From NCBI GenBank assembly GCA_033723415.1, contig JAWVXD010000005.1:64001-128000 (forward strand): 64,000 bases of DNA. Reading direction: 5' to 3'. Origin of the DNA: Sulfurospirillaceae bacterium. Its GTDB lineage: Bacteria; Campylobacterota; Campylobacteria; Campylobacterales; Sulfurospirillaceae. Under the pieces are notes generated by a model, which was given only the letters and a program-made list of their open reading frames with translations, made no database searches and was not told where the DNA came from. The position numbers and the translations under genes are program-made. How positions within the stretch are numbered: position 1 is the first letter of the stretch; each line of letters opens with the position of its first letter. Shown here piece by piece: positions 1 to 11,438 of this stretch.

Positions 1-452
1 AAATCAATATGAAACCGATTGGAAAACCTATAGCGATAATTATCCCATTTGCTTTTGTTAAGCGAACTGTTTTCTACTTCAAAATAAGCGGGACATGATA
101 ATGAATACTTCATAGCTCTAATCATCAAAAGAGGCACATCAAAACTTCTTCCATTGAAGCTGATGAGTTTAGGATTTTGCTTGTCCAAAAAAGCAAGGAA
201 ATTTGCTATCATCTCTTTTTCACTTTCACCTTCAATGGAACTGACTTTTTTAAAAATCCCAAAATCATCTGCTATCACGGCACTTATTGCAATAATCTTG
301 TGATAAGGAAGCGGCAAAAAACTGCTACCGCTTTGAGCTTCCTGCTCTTGCATAGCTTGAATTGAAACTCCTACATCATCACCCTCAAAATGTAAAGTTT
401 TTCTTATCAGTTCTGCATCAGGGATGGTCTCAATGTCAAAAACACATATCAT
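1..452 (-). CDS. 3'-5' exonuclease-like protein (WlaX-type, DnaQ/PolB-exonuclease fold); 3' end lies outside the window
   Basis: Not in the ORF track. Manual translation from ATG at 452 gives MICVFDIETIPDAELIRK...KLISFNGRSFDVPLL...RFHIDL, with ExoI (FDIET) and ExoII (FNGxxFD) motifs. SD GAGG upstream; divergent from waaC as in Campylobacter LOS loci. Confidence 0.85.
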   Translation of the reverse strand, partial: MICVFDIETIPDAELIRKTLHFEGDDVGVSIQAMQEQEAQSGSSFLPLPYHKIIAISAVIADDFGIFKKVSSIEGESEKEMIANFLAFLDKQNPKLISFNGRSFDVPLLMIRAMKYSLSCPAYFEVENSSLNKSKWDNYRYRFSNRFHID

Positions 453-516
453 TTAGCACCTCTTTATCTTTATTTTTGTACAATTATAGCTTATTAGAAA
501 AGGAATAAAAAATCAT

Positions 517-1479
517 ATGAGATTAGCAATCGTAAAACTTTCTGCTCTTGGAGATATTGTCCATGCTATGGTTGTTTTGCAGTACATAAAAAAATATGAT
601 AAAAATATAACTATTGACTGGTTCGTTGAAGAACGATTTAGCGGAATTTTAGAAAACAATCCACAAATAAGTAATATATATAAACTAAAACTCAAAAACA
701 ATAAATTAAACTTTTTAAGTGAATACAAAAAATTAAAACAACTTTCTCAGCAAAACTGTTATGATTTCGTTATCGACCTGCAAGGATTGATAAAATCAGC
801 CATAGTTTCAAGAATCTTATGCAAAGATGTTATAGGTTTTGATAAAATAGGCTTGAGAGAACCTGCGGCATCCCTCTTTTATACAAAAAAGTTCAACATT
901 CCTTATGAAGAAAATGTGATTGAGAGAAATATCAAACTTGTGTCATGCGCACTTGCCTTTAGTATGCCGGATTTAGAGAAAAAAGTGCCGTTTTTGTTTT
1001 CAAACATCAAATCTGTCTTCTACCCAAGGCTACTTATCATCACAGGTTCGTCATGGGAGAGCAAAGTATATCCAAAAGAGCATTTCATAAGCATCATCAA
1101 AGCATTAAATGTCGAAACATTTGTATCTTGGGGAAATGAAAAAGAGAAAAAAGATGCCGAGTTCATTTGTCAAAACAGTGAGGCAAAAATGCTTCCTAAA
1201 CTTAGCTTGGATGAGTTAAAAAGCGTCATATCAAACTCTAACTTGGTGATAGGAGCAGATAGCGGACCAACACACATGGCATGGGCACTGAACAGACCTA
1301 GTATAACAATATTCGGTCCTACTCCAAGTGAGAGAAATATGCTTCAAACGGATAAAAACAAAAGCATAAATTGTAACAAAGACATTGATGCCAAAGCTTT
1401 AAACAAAAATGACTTCTGCATCAGAGAAATTGATCCTAAAAAAATTGTAGAGATAGCCAAGGATCTTTTAGAATGTTAG
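517..1479 (+). CDS. waaC: LPS heptosyltransferase I (GT9)
   Basis: N-terminal VKLSALGDIVH, DLQGLIKSA and GADSGPTHMA motifs. Confidence 0.93.
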   Translation: MRLAIVKLSALGDIVHAMVVLQYIKKYDKNITIDWFVEERFSGILENNPQISNIYKLKLKNNKLNFLSEYKKLKQLSQQNCYDFVIDLQGLIKSAIVSRILCKDVIGFDKIGLREPAASLFYTKKFNIPYEENVIERNIKLVSCALAFSMPDLEKKVPFLFSNIKSVFYPRLLIITGSSWESKVYPKEHFISIIKALNVETFVSWGNEKEKKDAEFICQNSEAKMLPKLSLDELKSVISNSNLVIGADSGPTHMAWALNRPSITIFGPTPSERNMLQTDKNKSINCNKDIDAKALNKNDFCIREIDPKKIVEIAKDLLEC

Positions 1480-2366
1480 ATTATTTTTATCTCACGGTTT
1501 TCAAAATTTTTGTTTTGACCATTAAATATACACCTACATTTATAACAAATGCTGTCTTAAACTGCTTGGCAAAAATCGCCTATATGCTTGATAAAAAACA
1601 TCGCAAGATTGCTCGGGTAAATCTTGATTTGGCATATGAGGATAGTATGAGTGAAGAAGAAAAAACCCGTATTATAAAAAAATGTTATAAAAATCTACTT
1701 TACAATTTGAGAGATTTCGTAGAGAATCAAAATATAACGGGAGAACAATTACTAAATAAAGTAAATGTCCATAATAAAGACAAATACTTACAAGCTAAGA
1801 ATAGTGGTAAAAACATAATATTTATCACGGCTCATTATGGGAATTGGGAACTTTTACCACTTTTTGTAGGGGCATCTCTGGGTACTTTATGGGGAGTCGG
1901 ACGAAAACTAGATTCTCCTAGAATGAACCAGATACTACAAAACAATAGAGAACAATTCAACGTACATATGTTAGAAAAACAAGGCGCGATGAAAGGATTA
2001 CTAAGAGCAATCAAAAATAAAGAGAACATTGGTCTTTTAGTCGATCAAAATACAAGTGAAAAAGACGGAATATTGATAGAGTTTTTCGGTAAACTTGCAC
2101 GTCATACTCCTTCAGCTACTCTTATTGCAAGAAAGACCGGTGCAATCATTGTACCTGCTTTTATCACGACTAACGACTATAAAACCTATGATATTACTTT
2201 TTATGATCCTATCGTGACCAAAAGAACAGCTGACATAGACGAAGATATAAGACAAAGTGTTCAAGCACAGGCAGATGTAACCCAAAAAGCAATAGAGAAA
2301 AAGCCCGATGAGTGGTTTTGGCTGCACAGGCGTTGGAAAAATCAATACGAGGAATTATATAAATGA
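1473..2366 (+). CDS. lpxL: Lipid A biosynthesis lauroyl/palmitoyl acyltransferase (LpxL/HtrB)
   Basis: AHYGNWE, LVDQ and WFWLHRRWK motifs; follows waaC. Confidence 0.92.
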   Translation: MLDYFYLTVFKIFVLTIKYTPTFITNAVLNCLAKIAYMLDKKHRKIARVNLDLAYEDSMSEEEKTRIIKKCYKNLLYNLRDFVENQNITGEQLLNKVNVHNKDKYLQAKNSGKNIIFITAHYGNWELLPLFVGASLGTLWGVGRKLDSPRMNQILQNNREQFNVHMLEKQGAMKGLLRAIKNKENIGLLVDQNTSEKDGILIEFFGKLARHTPSATLIARKTGAIIVPAFITTNDYKTYDITFYDPIVTKRTADIDEDIRQSVQAQADVTQKAIEKKPDEWFWLHRRWKNQYEELYK

Positions 2367-3583
2367 GTTTTTATAACAAGAGTAGACCCTTTAAAGAAAA
2401 TATCCGAGATATAAACAGTTACTTAGTAATCTTGCTTGGTTTTTCATTACCTTTGTCTATCTCAGTTTCTACTATCATTTTAGGCATGATTTTACTAGCT
2501 TGGATTCTAGAGGGGAATTTCATAAACAAATATCAAATAATAAAGCATAATCCAATTATATATACTTTTATCGCTTTTTTTGTATTGCAAGTTGTGGGTC
2601 TCTTATGGACATCTGATATGAAATGGGGACAGCATATTATAGGCAAAGAGTGGCGCATACTCTTACCTTTGATTCTCATAACGATAGTCAAAAAGGAACA
2701 TATTAAATACTATATCTTTTCATTTTTGCTTGCTATGAGTATATCGGAACTTTTATCATATCTGATTTTTTTCAAGATTGTTCCACCGATGCTCAATGCC
2801 ACGATCTATGATCCTACACCCTTCATCACACATGTATCTTACAATCCTCTACTGGCTTTTAGTATCTTTTTACTGGCTTATTTAACATTCTTCAAGAGAA
2901 ACTACACAAATTTTGTTGAGAAAATCATCTCTGTAGTATTTATGATAACGATGAGTGCGAACATGTTCATCACGGGTGGGCGCGCCGGACAAGTTGGATT
3001 TTTTACGATGTTTGTAGTTTTTATTTTTCTTTATTTTAGAAAAAATCTTACAAAAGCATTCTTTATCATTGTGATTACAATCCCTCTCTTGTTTACTTTA
3101 GCATACAATTCAAGCAAGATATTTCATGATAGAGTAGATATGGCCATCAAAAATTCAAAGAATTTCAAGCAAGATCCAAACACCAGTGTAGGTTTAAGAT
3201 TGACTTTTCTCACAAACTCTTTGGAGATCATCAAAAACAATCCGATCTTTGGAGTAGGTACAGGAGATTTCCCAAACGAATATAAAAAGATCAATCACAA
3301 AAATACGCCAACCGCTACAGCTCCTTCTCAGCCACATAACATGTATATACTAGAGATGGCTCAATTTGGAATTTTTGGATTGCTCTCATTACTGGCGATT
3401 TTTTATATACAGATCAAGATCTCCTTGGAGAATAATGAGTTAAAACCATTGCGATTGGCGCTTCCTGTACTATTTTTGGTCATTATGTTAAGTGATAGCT
3501 ATCTTTTGGGTCATTACACAACATTATTGTTTGTCTATTTTAGTTCGTTTTTGTATAAAGATTTTGACAGTGAATATATCTAA
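2363..3583 (+). CDS. waaL: O-antigen ligase family protein (Wzy_C)
   Basis: Polytopic membrane protein with TGGRAG, SVGLR, PIFGVGTGDF and PHNMY motifs, inside the LPS core locus. Confidence 0.82.
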   Translation: MSFYNKSRPFKENIRDINSYLVILLGFSLPLSISVSTIILGMILLAWILEGNFINKYQIIKHNPIIYTFIAFFVLQVVGLLWTSDMKWGQHIIGKEWRILLPLILITIVKKEHIKYYIFSFLLAMSISELLSYLIFFKIVPPMLNATIYDPTPFITHVSYNPLLAFSIFLLAYLTFFKRNYTNFVEKIISVVFMITMSANMFITGGRAGQVGFFTMFVVFIFLYFRKNLTKAFFIIVITIPLLFTLAYNSSKIFHDRVDMAIKNSKNFKQDPNTSVGLRLTFLTNSLEIIKNNPIFGVGTGDFPNEYKKINHKNTPTATAPSQPHNMYILEMAQFGIFGLLSLLAIFYIQIKISLENNELKPLRLALPVLFLVIMLSDSYLLGHYTTLLFVYFSSFLYKDFDSEYI

Positions 3584-4634
3584 AATACTCATCATCATAC
3601 GACGCTCTAACGGCGATGTTTTTCTAAGTTCCGCTTTGATCAATGCCTTGCATGAACATTATCAAAATCCAAAAATCGACCTGCTGGTCGATGAAGGTAC
3701 TCTGGCTATAGCAAAAACTCTGAAACACATCAACGAAATTCTTGTATTTTCGCACGATAAAAAGAATTCACTCTCACAAGATCTAAGCATCATCAGGCGT
3801 ATCTATAAAAAGTATGATCTCTGTATCAGCCTCACAGCAACCGATAGAAATATCTTGTATGCCGTCCTTGCTTCAAAGATCTCTATCAGCGCCGTGGATC
3901 CTGAAAATAAAAAATCATGGTGGAAGAAAGTACTATTGAGTAAATTTTATAAATTTGATCTAAGAAGGCACATGATATACAATACCCTTGAGCCTTTGAA
4001 ACTACTTGGAATCAACATAAAAAGCTATGATTATGCACCCCACATCGATGAAGACAAGTGCAAAAAGACTCTTTTAAAATTTGGTTTACAAAGTGATGAT
4101 TATATGATTTTTCACCCAAGTGCTCAATTTATATTTAGAACCTATCCCATCAAAAACATCAATACTCTGCTGGAAAAACTCGTGACGCTCAACATCAAAA
4201 TTGTCATCACAGGTGGCAATGATGCGATCAATCATAATATTTCAGAGGCTTTAGTCCAACATGACAAAATCTTGAACCTCATCACAAAGACATCACTGCA
4301 AGAGTTGTATCACTTGATCTCACAATGCAAAGTGCACATCGGCATGGACACGCTCAATACACATATAGCGGCATCTTTTGACAAGCATCTCATCGCGATC
4401 TACGGTCCAAACGGAGTCACACAGTGGTCTCCTTTCAATGCCAAACTGGCTTATGCCCCAAGTGTCGATACGCCGCCTTTGACAAAATACGGTAATTTTA
4501 CTATTATTCAAGCCGATATGCCTTGTGTCCCGTGCAATCAAAACGGCTGCAAGGGGTTGGGTAAAAGTGAGTGTTTAGAAAATATCACGCCTGAAATAAT
4601 CTTTGACGAGGTAAAAAATTGTCTAACAAAATAA
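3570..4634 (+). CDS. Glycosyltransferase family 9 (WaaQ-like heptosyltransferase)
   Basis: RRSNGDVFL, GMDTLNTHIAA and C-terminal CxPC motifs; GTG at 3570 preferred over 3492 to limit overlap with waaL. Confidence 0.8.
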   Translation: MNISKILIIIRRSNGDVFLSSALINALHEHYQNPKIDLLVDEGTLAIAKTLKHINEILVFSHDKKNSLSQDLSIIRRIYKKYDLCISLTATDRNILYAVLASKISISAVDPENKKSWWKKVLLSKFYKFDLRRHMIYNTLEPLKLLGINIKSYDYAPHIDEDKCKKTLLKFGLQSDDYMIFHPSAQFIFRTYPIKNINTLLEKLVTLNIKIVITGGNDAINHNISEALVQHDKILNLITKTSLQELYHLISQCKVHIGMDTLNTHIAASFDKHLIAIYGPNGVTQWSPFNAKLAYAPSVDTPPLTKYGNFTIIQADMPCVPCNQNGCKGLGKSECLENITPEIIFDEVKNCLTK

Positions 4635-5368
4635 CCGTAACTATATTGGCAAAAAATTCACAAAAATATATACAAGAGTGTTTGAGTGCACTTGTAAGAT
4701 TTGATGAGATTATACTGCTGGATAACGGCTCAGAAGATGCCACCATAGAAATCGCCAAAGAATTCAAAAATGTCAAAGTTTATGAGAGTAAGTTCATAGG
4801 CTTCGGTCCGCTAAAAAATCTTGCCCTCTCTTATGCAACGAACGATTGGATACTCTCAGTTGACAGTGACGAGATACTTAATGATGCCTTAGTTGATGAG
4901 ATACTGAATTTACACTTATCGAACAACAAAATTTATTCCATTCTAAGAGACAATTACTATAACAAAAAGCTCATAAAATGCTGTGGGTGGGAAGATGATT
5001 TTGTGCTCCGTCTGTTCAATAAGAATATCACAAAATTTAACGACAAACAAGTACATGAAAGTATCATGATAAACCCTCAAGTAGAAATAGTGAAATTAAA
5101 AAACAGTTTTAAGCACTACTCTTTTGATAGTGCACAAGAGCTCATAGAAAAGATGCAAAAGTACTCTACACTTTATGCAAAAGAGCACAAAAATCAAAAA
5201 TCATCGTCACCGGCTAAAGCCTTTTTTAGAGCTTTCTTTATGTTTTTTAAAAATTATATTTTCCAAAAAGGCTTTTTATACGGATATGCTGGATTACTGA
5301 TCTCAACGTCCAATGCAAACGGTGTTTTTTATAAATATATCAAACTTTATGAAGAAAATAAAAAATGA
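4619..5368 (+). CDS. Glycosyltransferase family 2 (KdtX/WaaE-like)
   Basis: DNGSEDAT, WILSVDSDE (DxD) and RLF...VHE motifs. Confidence 0.85.
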   Translation: MSNKITVTILAKNSQKYIQECLSALVRFDEIILLDNGSEDATIEIAKEFKNVKVYESKFIGFGPLKNLALSYATNDWILSVDSDEILNDALVDEILNLHLSNNKIYSILRDNYYNKKLIKCCGWEDDFVLRLFNKNITKFNDKQVHESIMINPQVEIVKLKNSFKHYSFDSAQELIEKMQKYSTLYAKEHKNQKSSSPAKAFFRAFFMFFKNYIFQKGFLYGYAGLLISTSNANGVFYKYIKLYEENKK

Positions 5369-6168
5369 CGTGCAGCCTCATCATCACAACGTATAATTGG
5401 CCCGATGCACTGGAACAAACCTTAAAAAGTGTACTCAGACAAACTCACATCCCTGATGAGGTCATCATCGCAGACGATGGAAGTACTGATGCGACAAAAG
5501 CCTTGATAGAGAAATTTTCTCTTGAAAATCCACAATTAAATATCATCCATTCTTGGCAAGAAGATGAAGGTTTTAGAGCTTCTGCAAGCCGTAATAAGGC
5601 CATAGCAAGATCTCATTGCAAATACATCGTCTTGGTCGATGGAGATATGATCTTGGAGCAGAACTTTATCAGTGATCATTTGAAATTTGCCAAAGATGGG
5701 TACTTCACCCAAGGTTCAAGAGTACTTGTAAAAGAAGCAAAAACAAAAGAGATATTTGATGGTAAAGTACTCAAAAATTCATGGTTATCCTGCGGTATCA
5801 GCAACAGAAAAAATGCTATCCATTCAAATGTTTTAAGTAAAATTTTCTCTAAAAAATCACAAAGTCTCAGAGGCATCAAAACTTGCAACTTTGCTTTTTT
5901 TAGAGAAGACTGCATCCGAGTCAATGGCTTCAATGAAGACTTTATCGGCTGGGGTCGAGAAGACAGTGAATTTGCTATTCGACTTTTAAATTCAGGGATA
6001 CAAAGACAAAATCTTCGTTTTAATGCAGTGGCATTTCATCTATATCACAAAGAAAACAGCAGAAAAATGCTAGAGAAAAATGATGAAATATTGCAAGAGA
6101 GCGTAGACAAAAAACTTATGTGGTGTCAAAACGGCATCGACAAATATCTGGCTCAAACGCTATCATGA
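5365..6168 (+). CDS. Glycosyltransferase family 2 with a GT7C-like C-terminus
   Basis: ITTYN, ADDGS, DGD and NGFNEDFIGWGREDSE motifs. Confidence 0.85.
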   Translation: MTCSLIITTYNWPDALEQTLKSVLRQTHIPDEVIIADDGSTDATKALIEKFSLENPQLNIIHSWQEDEGFRASASRNKAIARSHCKYIVLVDGDMILEQNFISDHLKFAKDGYFTQGSRVLVKEAKTKEIFDGKVLKNSWLSCGISNRKNAIHSNVLSKIFSKKSQSLRGIKTCNFAFFREDCIRVNGFNEDFIGWGREDSEFAIRLLNSGIQRQNLRFNAVAFHLYHKENSRKMLEKNDEILQESVDKKLMWCQNGIDKYLAQTLS

Positions 6169-7100
6169 GAATACTCATAGAAGTTCCGACTTGGCTTGGA
6201 GATAGTGTGATGAGTACGCCTGCCATAGAAGAAATCATCAAAATCTATCCTGATGCCAAGATAGTATTTTTTGGCTCTTTTGTTTCCACCGAAGCTCTAA
6301 AATCTCACCCAAATTGTGAACAGATAAAAATAGATGAAAGCAAAAAATCAAAGTGTAGATTGCTATGGCTTAGAAAAACTGCACAAACGTTAGGGACCTT
6401 TGATCTGGCCTTCAGCTTTAGAAGCTCTTTTACCTCAAAAGTTTTTTTATGGTTCTTAAATGCAAAGCAAAAATTTCAGTATAAAAAAAATACCTATAAC
6501 GGACATCAAGTTCAAAAATACGCAACCTTTGTATCCAAAGCCCTAAATGTTATCTTGGAGCCACAAAGTTTAAAACTCTACCAAATACCGCATCTTTATA
6601 ACCGTTCTACTTTAGGAATCAACCCAGGAGCTACTTACGGAAGTGCCAAAAGATGGTATCCTGAGGAGTTTGCCAAAGTTGCCGAGCACTTTGCAAAAGA
6701 TTATGATATCGTGATCTTTGGTGGGCCAAACGAACAAGAGATCGCAAATGAAGTAGAGAAACTAATCTCAAATGCTCACGTCACAAATCTGGCAGGCAAA
6801 ACTTCAATAACAGAACTTATAGAAAAGATAGCAGGTCTTAATCTCTTTATCACAAACGACAGTGGTCCGATGCATTGTGCCGCAGCTTATAAAGTACCGA
6901 CTGTTGCACTCTTTGGACCGACAATATATACAGAAACATCACAATGGGAAAATCCAAACGGATATCTAATCTCACATGATCTAGATTGCGCCCCGTGCAT
7001 GAAAAGAATCTGCCCTATAAAAACACATGAATGTATGAAAAGCATCAAAGCACAGGAAGTTATTACTCTTTTAGAAAATCATCTATCGCTTGACAGATAG
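6165..7100 (+). CDS. waaF: LPS heptosyltransferase II
   Basis: [21 protein letters not shown] and NDSGPMH motifs; ATG at 6165 overlaps the upstream stop (ATGA). Confidence 0.92.
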   Translation: MRILIEVPTWLGDSVMSTPAIEEIIKIYPDAKIVFFGSFVSTEALKSHPNCEQIKIDESKKSKCRLLWLRKTAQTLGTFDLAFSFRSSFTSKVFLWFLNAKQKFQYKKNTYNGHQVQKYATFVSKALNVILEPQSLKLYQIPHLYNRSTLGINPGATYGSAKRWYPEEFAKVAEHFAKDYDIVIFGGPNEQEIANEVEKLISNAHVTNLAGKTSITELIEKIAGLNLFITNDSGPMHCAAAYKVPTVALFGPTIYTETSQWENPNGYLISHDLDCAPCMKRICPIKTHECMKSIKAQEVITLLENHLSLDR

Positions 7101-7632
7101 TATGTCCTATAAGTATATGCATCTCCTGTATTCTAGGCGTGTCATCACTTGGAACAACGATATTGATATCGCAAAATTCATTCATAGCTCCACCGTCTCT
7201 TCCACTCAATCCGACAGTTTTACATCCTAAGTGTCTACCTAAACTAAGGGCCCTCAAAACATTTTTACTATTTCCGCTTGTAGAGATGCCTATCAGTAGA
7301 TCTCCTTCGTGTGCCAATGCTTCTACCTGCCTGTCAAATACTCTATCATAGCCATAATCATTGCCGACAGCGGTTAAGACCGAAGTATCTGTAGTCAAAG
7401 CGATCCCTGGAAGCCCTCTTCTCTCTCTTTTGTATCTTCCGCTCAACTCCGCTGCGATATGTTGTGCATCTGCCGCACTTCCACCGTTCCCAAAAAGCAA
7501 GATTTTTCCACCATTGTTGATCGTTTCACTTGCTATGATGCAAGCGGTATAGATGTGTGTTTGCAGCTCATCTATCGTTCGCTCTATCGTCTCTTTATGC
7601 GCTTGCAATTCGCGCTGTATCATGTCCATCAT
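7063..7632 (-). CDS. gmhA: Phosphoheptose isomerase
   Basis: [17 protein letters not shown] and RIQEMH motifs. Confidence 0.96.
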   Translation of the reverse strand: MMDMIQRELQAHKETIERTIDELQTHIYTACIIASETINNGGKILLFGNGGSAADAQHIAAELSGRYKRERRGLPGIALTTDTSVLTAVGNDYGYDRVFDRQVEALAHEGDLLIGISTSGNSKNVLRALSLGRHLGCKTVGLSGRDGGAMNEFCDINIVVPSDDTPRIQEMHILIGHTICQAIDDFLKE

Positions 7633-9044
7633 AATCGTGCCTTTTCTATTATACTTGTCGTGCTTTTCCCATCAACAAAATCAACTAAACGAACCTCTTT
7701 GGCGATGTCACTTCCTACAACCTCTTTGCCTTTATAATCGCCGCCTTTGACCAGAACATCCGGTCGTATGGCACTTATAAGCTCGTAAGGAGTGTCTTCT
7801 TCAAACTCAACCACAAAGCTTACCGATTCCAATGCACTTAAGACATAAGCTCTATCATGATGTGGATTGATCGGTCTACTCTCACCTTTGAGCCTTTTAA
7901 CTGAAGCATCGGAATTTAGACCCACGATTAGCATATCACCAAAGCTTTTTGCTATCTCCAGATACTTTACATGACCTACATGCAAGATATCAAAACAACC
8001 GTTTGTAAAGACTATTTTTTTATCTTTAAAATTCTCTAACAATTTAACGATCTCTTCTTTTGTCTTTATCTTACTACCGGCTTTAGCACTTCTGAGGCTT
8101 TGCTCATACAAGTCAATCTCGTCCAAATTCACAGTTGCACTTCCAAGTTTGCCTACTACTACGGCTGCGGCATTTGTTGCAAAAATCGCAGAGCTTTTAA
8201 TATCTAGTCCGGAAGACAGTGCAAAACCAAGAGAGGCAAGTACGGTATCTCCGGCTCCAGTGACATCATAGACTTCCCTTGCAACAGTTGGAATTTTTGT
8301 TATAGTATCGGTAAATATCGCCATACCGTCTTCGGAGAGCGTGATGATCGCGTATTGTAAATCCAGAGAATTTTTGAGTAATTCTCCTGCCTTCTTCAAG
8401 CTCTCATCATCTTTTATATTAATATTTGTGGCAATAGAAGCTTCTTTTTTGTTTGGAGTAAGAATCGTTGCACCTCTATACTTACCATAGTCGCTTCCTT
8501 TTGGATCCACTAAAATGAGTTTCTGACTCTCTTTTGCACATTTTATGATCCTTCGAGTCAAAGATTCACTTAGCACACCTTTGCCGTAATCAGATAAAAG
8601 GATAGCATCAAATTCATCTAAATTTTTTTCAAAATTTTTGTATAGTAACTCTTCACTCTCTTTATCTATGTCATCTTTTGATTCTAAATCATACCTTATT
8701 ATCTGTTGATGAGATGCTATAACACGACTTTTTTTACTCGTCTTTCGTCCTGTTTGTTTTATGATATACGTATAATCTGCTCCGGAAGCATCTAGCAGAC
8801 TTAATATCTCTTCTCCATTGCTATCATCCCCAATAACACTCATGACGCTAACTTTTGCTCCGAGTGTGATGAGGTTATTGATGACATTACCGGCACCTCC
8901 TAAAACTACTGTTTCTTTGCTTATCTCTACTACTTGAACAGGAGCTTCGGGAGATATTCTCTCACATTTTCCCCATAGATAGTGATCCATCATCAAATCG
9001 CCTATGACCAAAATATTTGGCATATGATTTTTTAGCCTATCCAT
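7629..9044 (-). CDS. hldE: Bifunctional heptose 7-phosphate kinase / heptose 1-phosphate adenylyltransferase
   Basis: [16 protein letters not shown] and [12 protein letters not shown] motifs. Confidence 0.96.
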   Translation of the reverse strand: MDRLKNHMPNILVIGDLMMDHYLWGKCERISPEAPVQVVEISKETVVLGGAGNVINNLITLGAKVSVMSVIGDDSNGEEILSLLDASGADYTYIIKQTGRKTSKKSRVIASHQQIIRYDLESKDDIDKESEELLYKNFEKNLDEFDAILLSDYGKGVLSESLTRRIIKCAKESQKLILVDPKGSDYGKYRGATILTPNKKEASIATNINIKDDESLKKAGELLKNSLDLQYAIITLSEDGMAIFTDTITKIPTVAREVYDVTGAGDTVLASLGFALSSGLDIKSSAIFATNAAAVVVGKLGSATVNLDEIDLYEQSLRSAKAGSKIKTKEEIVKLLENFKDKKIVFTNGCFDILHVGHVKYLEIAKSFGDMLIVGLNSDASVKRLKGESRPINPHHDRAYVLSALESVSFVVEFEEDTPYELISAIRPDVLVKGGDYKGKEVVGSDIAKEVRLVDFVDGKSTTSIIEKARL

Positions 9045-10044
9045 GACTTACTTCAGTTTCATAAATTTTTTTAATTTCAGGAATATATGATTTTATACCT
9101 TTTTCAAGTGTATACATTGGATCATAATCTAAAAATTCTCTACTTAAACTAATATCAGCTTCTGTGAAAAATTGATACTGTTTTTCATATGGATTTGGTA
9201 TATAAATGTCATCTCTTTTGATATTTAATTCATTCTTTAAAATATTGACGATATCTTGAAAACTTCTGGCAAATCCCGTTCCCACATTATAAACACCGCT
9301 TTTTTTGGGGTTACAAGCCTTTATATTAGCTTGTATAACATCTTCTATATATATAAAATCTCTTTTGATAGTATCACTTTTTACAAAGAGTTTTGCATTT
9401 GCTCCGCTTAAAAGTTGATGTCCAAACTGCAATACCATTGATGCCGTTTTATTTTTAAAAAACTCTCTCTCGCCGTATACATTAAAATATCTAAGACCTA
9501 CTATAGGTACTGAGGAACTTTTCATGTATTCTCTAGCCAAATTATCCATCATAAGCTTGCTAAAACCATAAACGTTATTTGGGCTTTCACATCCTATACT
9601 GAATTTATCGCTGTTTCCATATGTAGCAGCACTTGAGGCATAGATCATAGCAGCATTCATATTATTTGCCATATCAAGAAGCTTTTTAAAAGCATAAACA
9701 TTGGTGTCCATCATAATTTTTTGATCAGATACTGTTGTATCGCTTATAGCGGCTTCGTGAAATATATAATCAAAGTTAAAATCGTGTAATTTATTTAAGT
9801 CATCTTGGTTGTTCAAATCTCCGCTTATCACGATACCTTTAAAACCAAGCAGATTTTTAAAATGCCCGAAACTTTTGAGATTTCCATTTTCAAATGTTTC
9901 TTCATTTCTAAATTTGTCAAATATTATGATCTTAGATAAAGGATATTTTTCTTGAAAATAAAAAGCCAGGTTACTACCTATAAAACCGGCTCCTCCGGTT
10001 ATCAGGATAGACTTATTGTTAAAATCTATATCGCTATATGTCAC
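9037..10044 (-). CDS. hldD: ADP-L-glycero-D-manno-heptose 6-epimerase
   Basis: TGGAGFIGS, YASSAATYG, YGFSK and LRYFNVYG motifs. Confidence 0.95.
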   Translation of the reverse strand: MTYSDIDFNNKSILITGGAGFIGSNLAFYFQEKYPLSKIIIFDKFRNEETFENGNLKSFGHFKNLLGFKGIVISGDLNNQDDLNKLHDFNFDYIFHEAAISDTTVSDQKIMMDTNVYAFKKLLDMANNMNAAMIYASSAATYGNSDKFSIGCESPNNVYGFSKLMMDNLAREYMKSSSVPIVGLRYFNVYGEREFFKNKTASMVLQFGHQLLSGANAKLFVKSDTIKRDFIYIEDVIQANIKACNPKKSGVYNVGTGFARSFQDIVNILKNELNIKRDDIYIPNPYEKQYQFFTEADISLSREFLDYDPMYTLEKGIKSYIPEIKKIYETEVSHG

Positions 10045-10052
10045 AATTGTCC

Positions 10053-10562
10053 TTATTTTTTGATGATATTTATTATATCCAAAATTGTTTTAGCATTGTA
10101 TTTAGCAGTTTGGTTTACAGTAGTATTTATAAAGATTGTATTTGGAATATTTGCTTTTAGTCCGGCTTCTATATCACTTGGTTTATCGCCGATCATCCAA
10201 GAATTATCTGTATCAAGATCATATTTTTTTATGGCACTTTCTAACATCTGAGCATTTGGCTTGCGACATTCGCAATTTTCTTCAGGTACATGAGGACAAT
10301 AATAAACTTCACAAATATGGATATCTTTCTTAGCAAACTCTTCAATCATCCAGTCTGTAAGGTTTTCAAAATCTTTTTTCGTATAATATCCTCTTCCTAT
10401 ACCGGATTGATTTGTGACAATAATGATCTTGTAACCCAAACTTTGCAAATATTTCAAAACTTCAAAGATACCTGAGGAAAATTCAAAATCTTTGATCTGT
10501 CCGACATATGATTTATCTACGTTTATGATCCCGTCTCTATCTAAAAAAACAGCTTTGTTCAT
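10053..10562 (-). CDS. gmhB: D,D-heptose 1,7-bisphosphate phosphatase
   Basis: FLDRDG, TNQSG, CPH...CxCRKP and GD motifs; start at MNKAVF (10562). Confidence 0.95.
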   Translation of the reverse strand: MNKAVFLDRDGIINVDKSYVGQIKDFEFSSGIFEVLKYLQSLGYKIIIVTNQSGIGRGYYTKKDFENLTDWMIEEFAKKDIHICEVYYCPHVPEENCECRKPNAQMLESAIKKYDLDTDNSWMIGDKPSDIEAGLKANIPNTIFINTTVNQTAKYNAKTILDIINIIKK

Positions 10563-10563
10563 T

Positions 10564-11271
10564 TTACTTCTCCATAAGACCTTTGGAAATATCATTTAAT
10601 ATATGGGTATAATCAATATACTTGATATCTTTTTTGTGTTGTTCTAAAAGCCTACGTGAGATTTTAAAATATTTCACTGACTCAGCATGATTTTGAAAAT
10701 CTTCTTTCAATATCTTAGCCATGTAATAATTTGCGTAAAAATTTTCTTTATTATGTAAAAGTACTTTTTTGACTTCGCTTATACAGCTATATATTTGTCC
10801 ATTTTGTCTGTATGCAAGTGCCAGTTTCAATCTTATCTTATCTTGATGAGGATTGATCTTCAGACTTTTACCGTACCCGATAATAGCTTCATCTAAAATA
10901 CTCAATTCATAATACCCATCAGCCAATTTATTCCAATAAATAAAATTATTTGTTTTTAATGCTTCTTTCCTGAGTTTTGTAACCTGCAGAGCAAAAGGTA
11001 TGATTTTTGCTATCTCGCTGTTTTTAACGATACTTGGATCTATCCCATATGCATCTGTCAGAATTTCAAAACCTTTTGTCAATTTACCCTTTTTGAGATA
11101 TATGTTTGCCAACTGTAACAAACACTTTACATTCTCCGGCTCTATGTCCAATATCTTTTCTATTTGAGCCCTTGCAACTTCGGTATTAAACCTTCTAGCT
11201 GTGCATATAGGATAGTTTGACGAATACAAAAAAATCGAAAATAAACATAATATAAAAAAGTTTTTCAACAA
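10564..11271 (-). CDS. Exported tetratricopeptide-repeat protein
   Basis: Signal-peptide-like N-terminus; TPR-like helices (LANIYLKKG, LADGYYELS, LALAYRQNG). Confidence 0.7.
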   Translation of the reverse strand: MLKNFFILCLFSIFLYSSNYPICTARRFNTEVARAQIEKILDIEPENVKCLLQLANIYLKKGKLTKGFEILTDAYGIDPSIVKNSEIAKIIPFALQVTKLRKEALKTNNFIYWNKLADGYYELSILDEAIIGYGKSLKINPHQDKIRLKLALAYRQNGQIYSCISEVKKVLLHNKENFYANYYMAKILKEDFQNHAESVKYFKISRRLLEQHKKDIKYIDYTHILNDISKGLMEK

Positions 11272-11438
11272 GACAATTCCCTAAATAAAGTATGTATAAC
11301 GTGATGTTATCTTAAAGAGGATTAAAAAAAACATTTAAATAAATAAACGCCAACTAATCTAAGAAAAAACAAAGTTTTACAAGAAAATTTAAAGATATAC
11401 ATGATAAAATTATGACCAAATTAAAAAAAAGGAAACGT

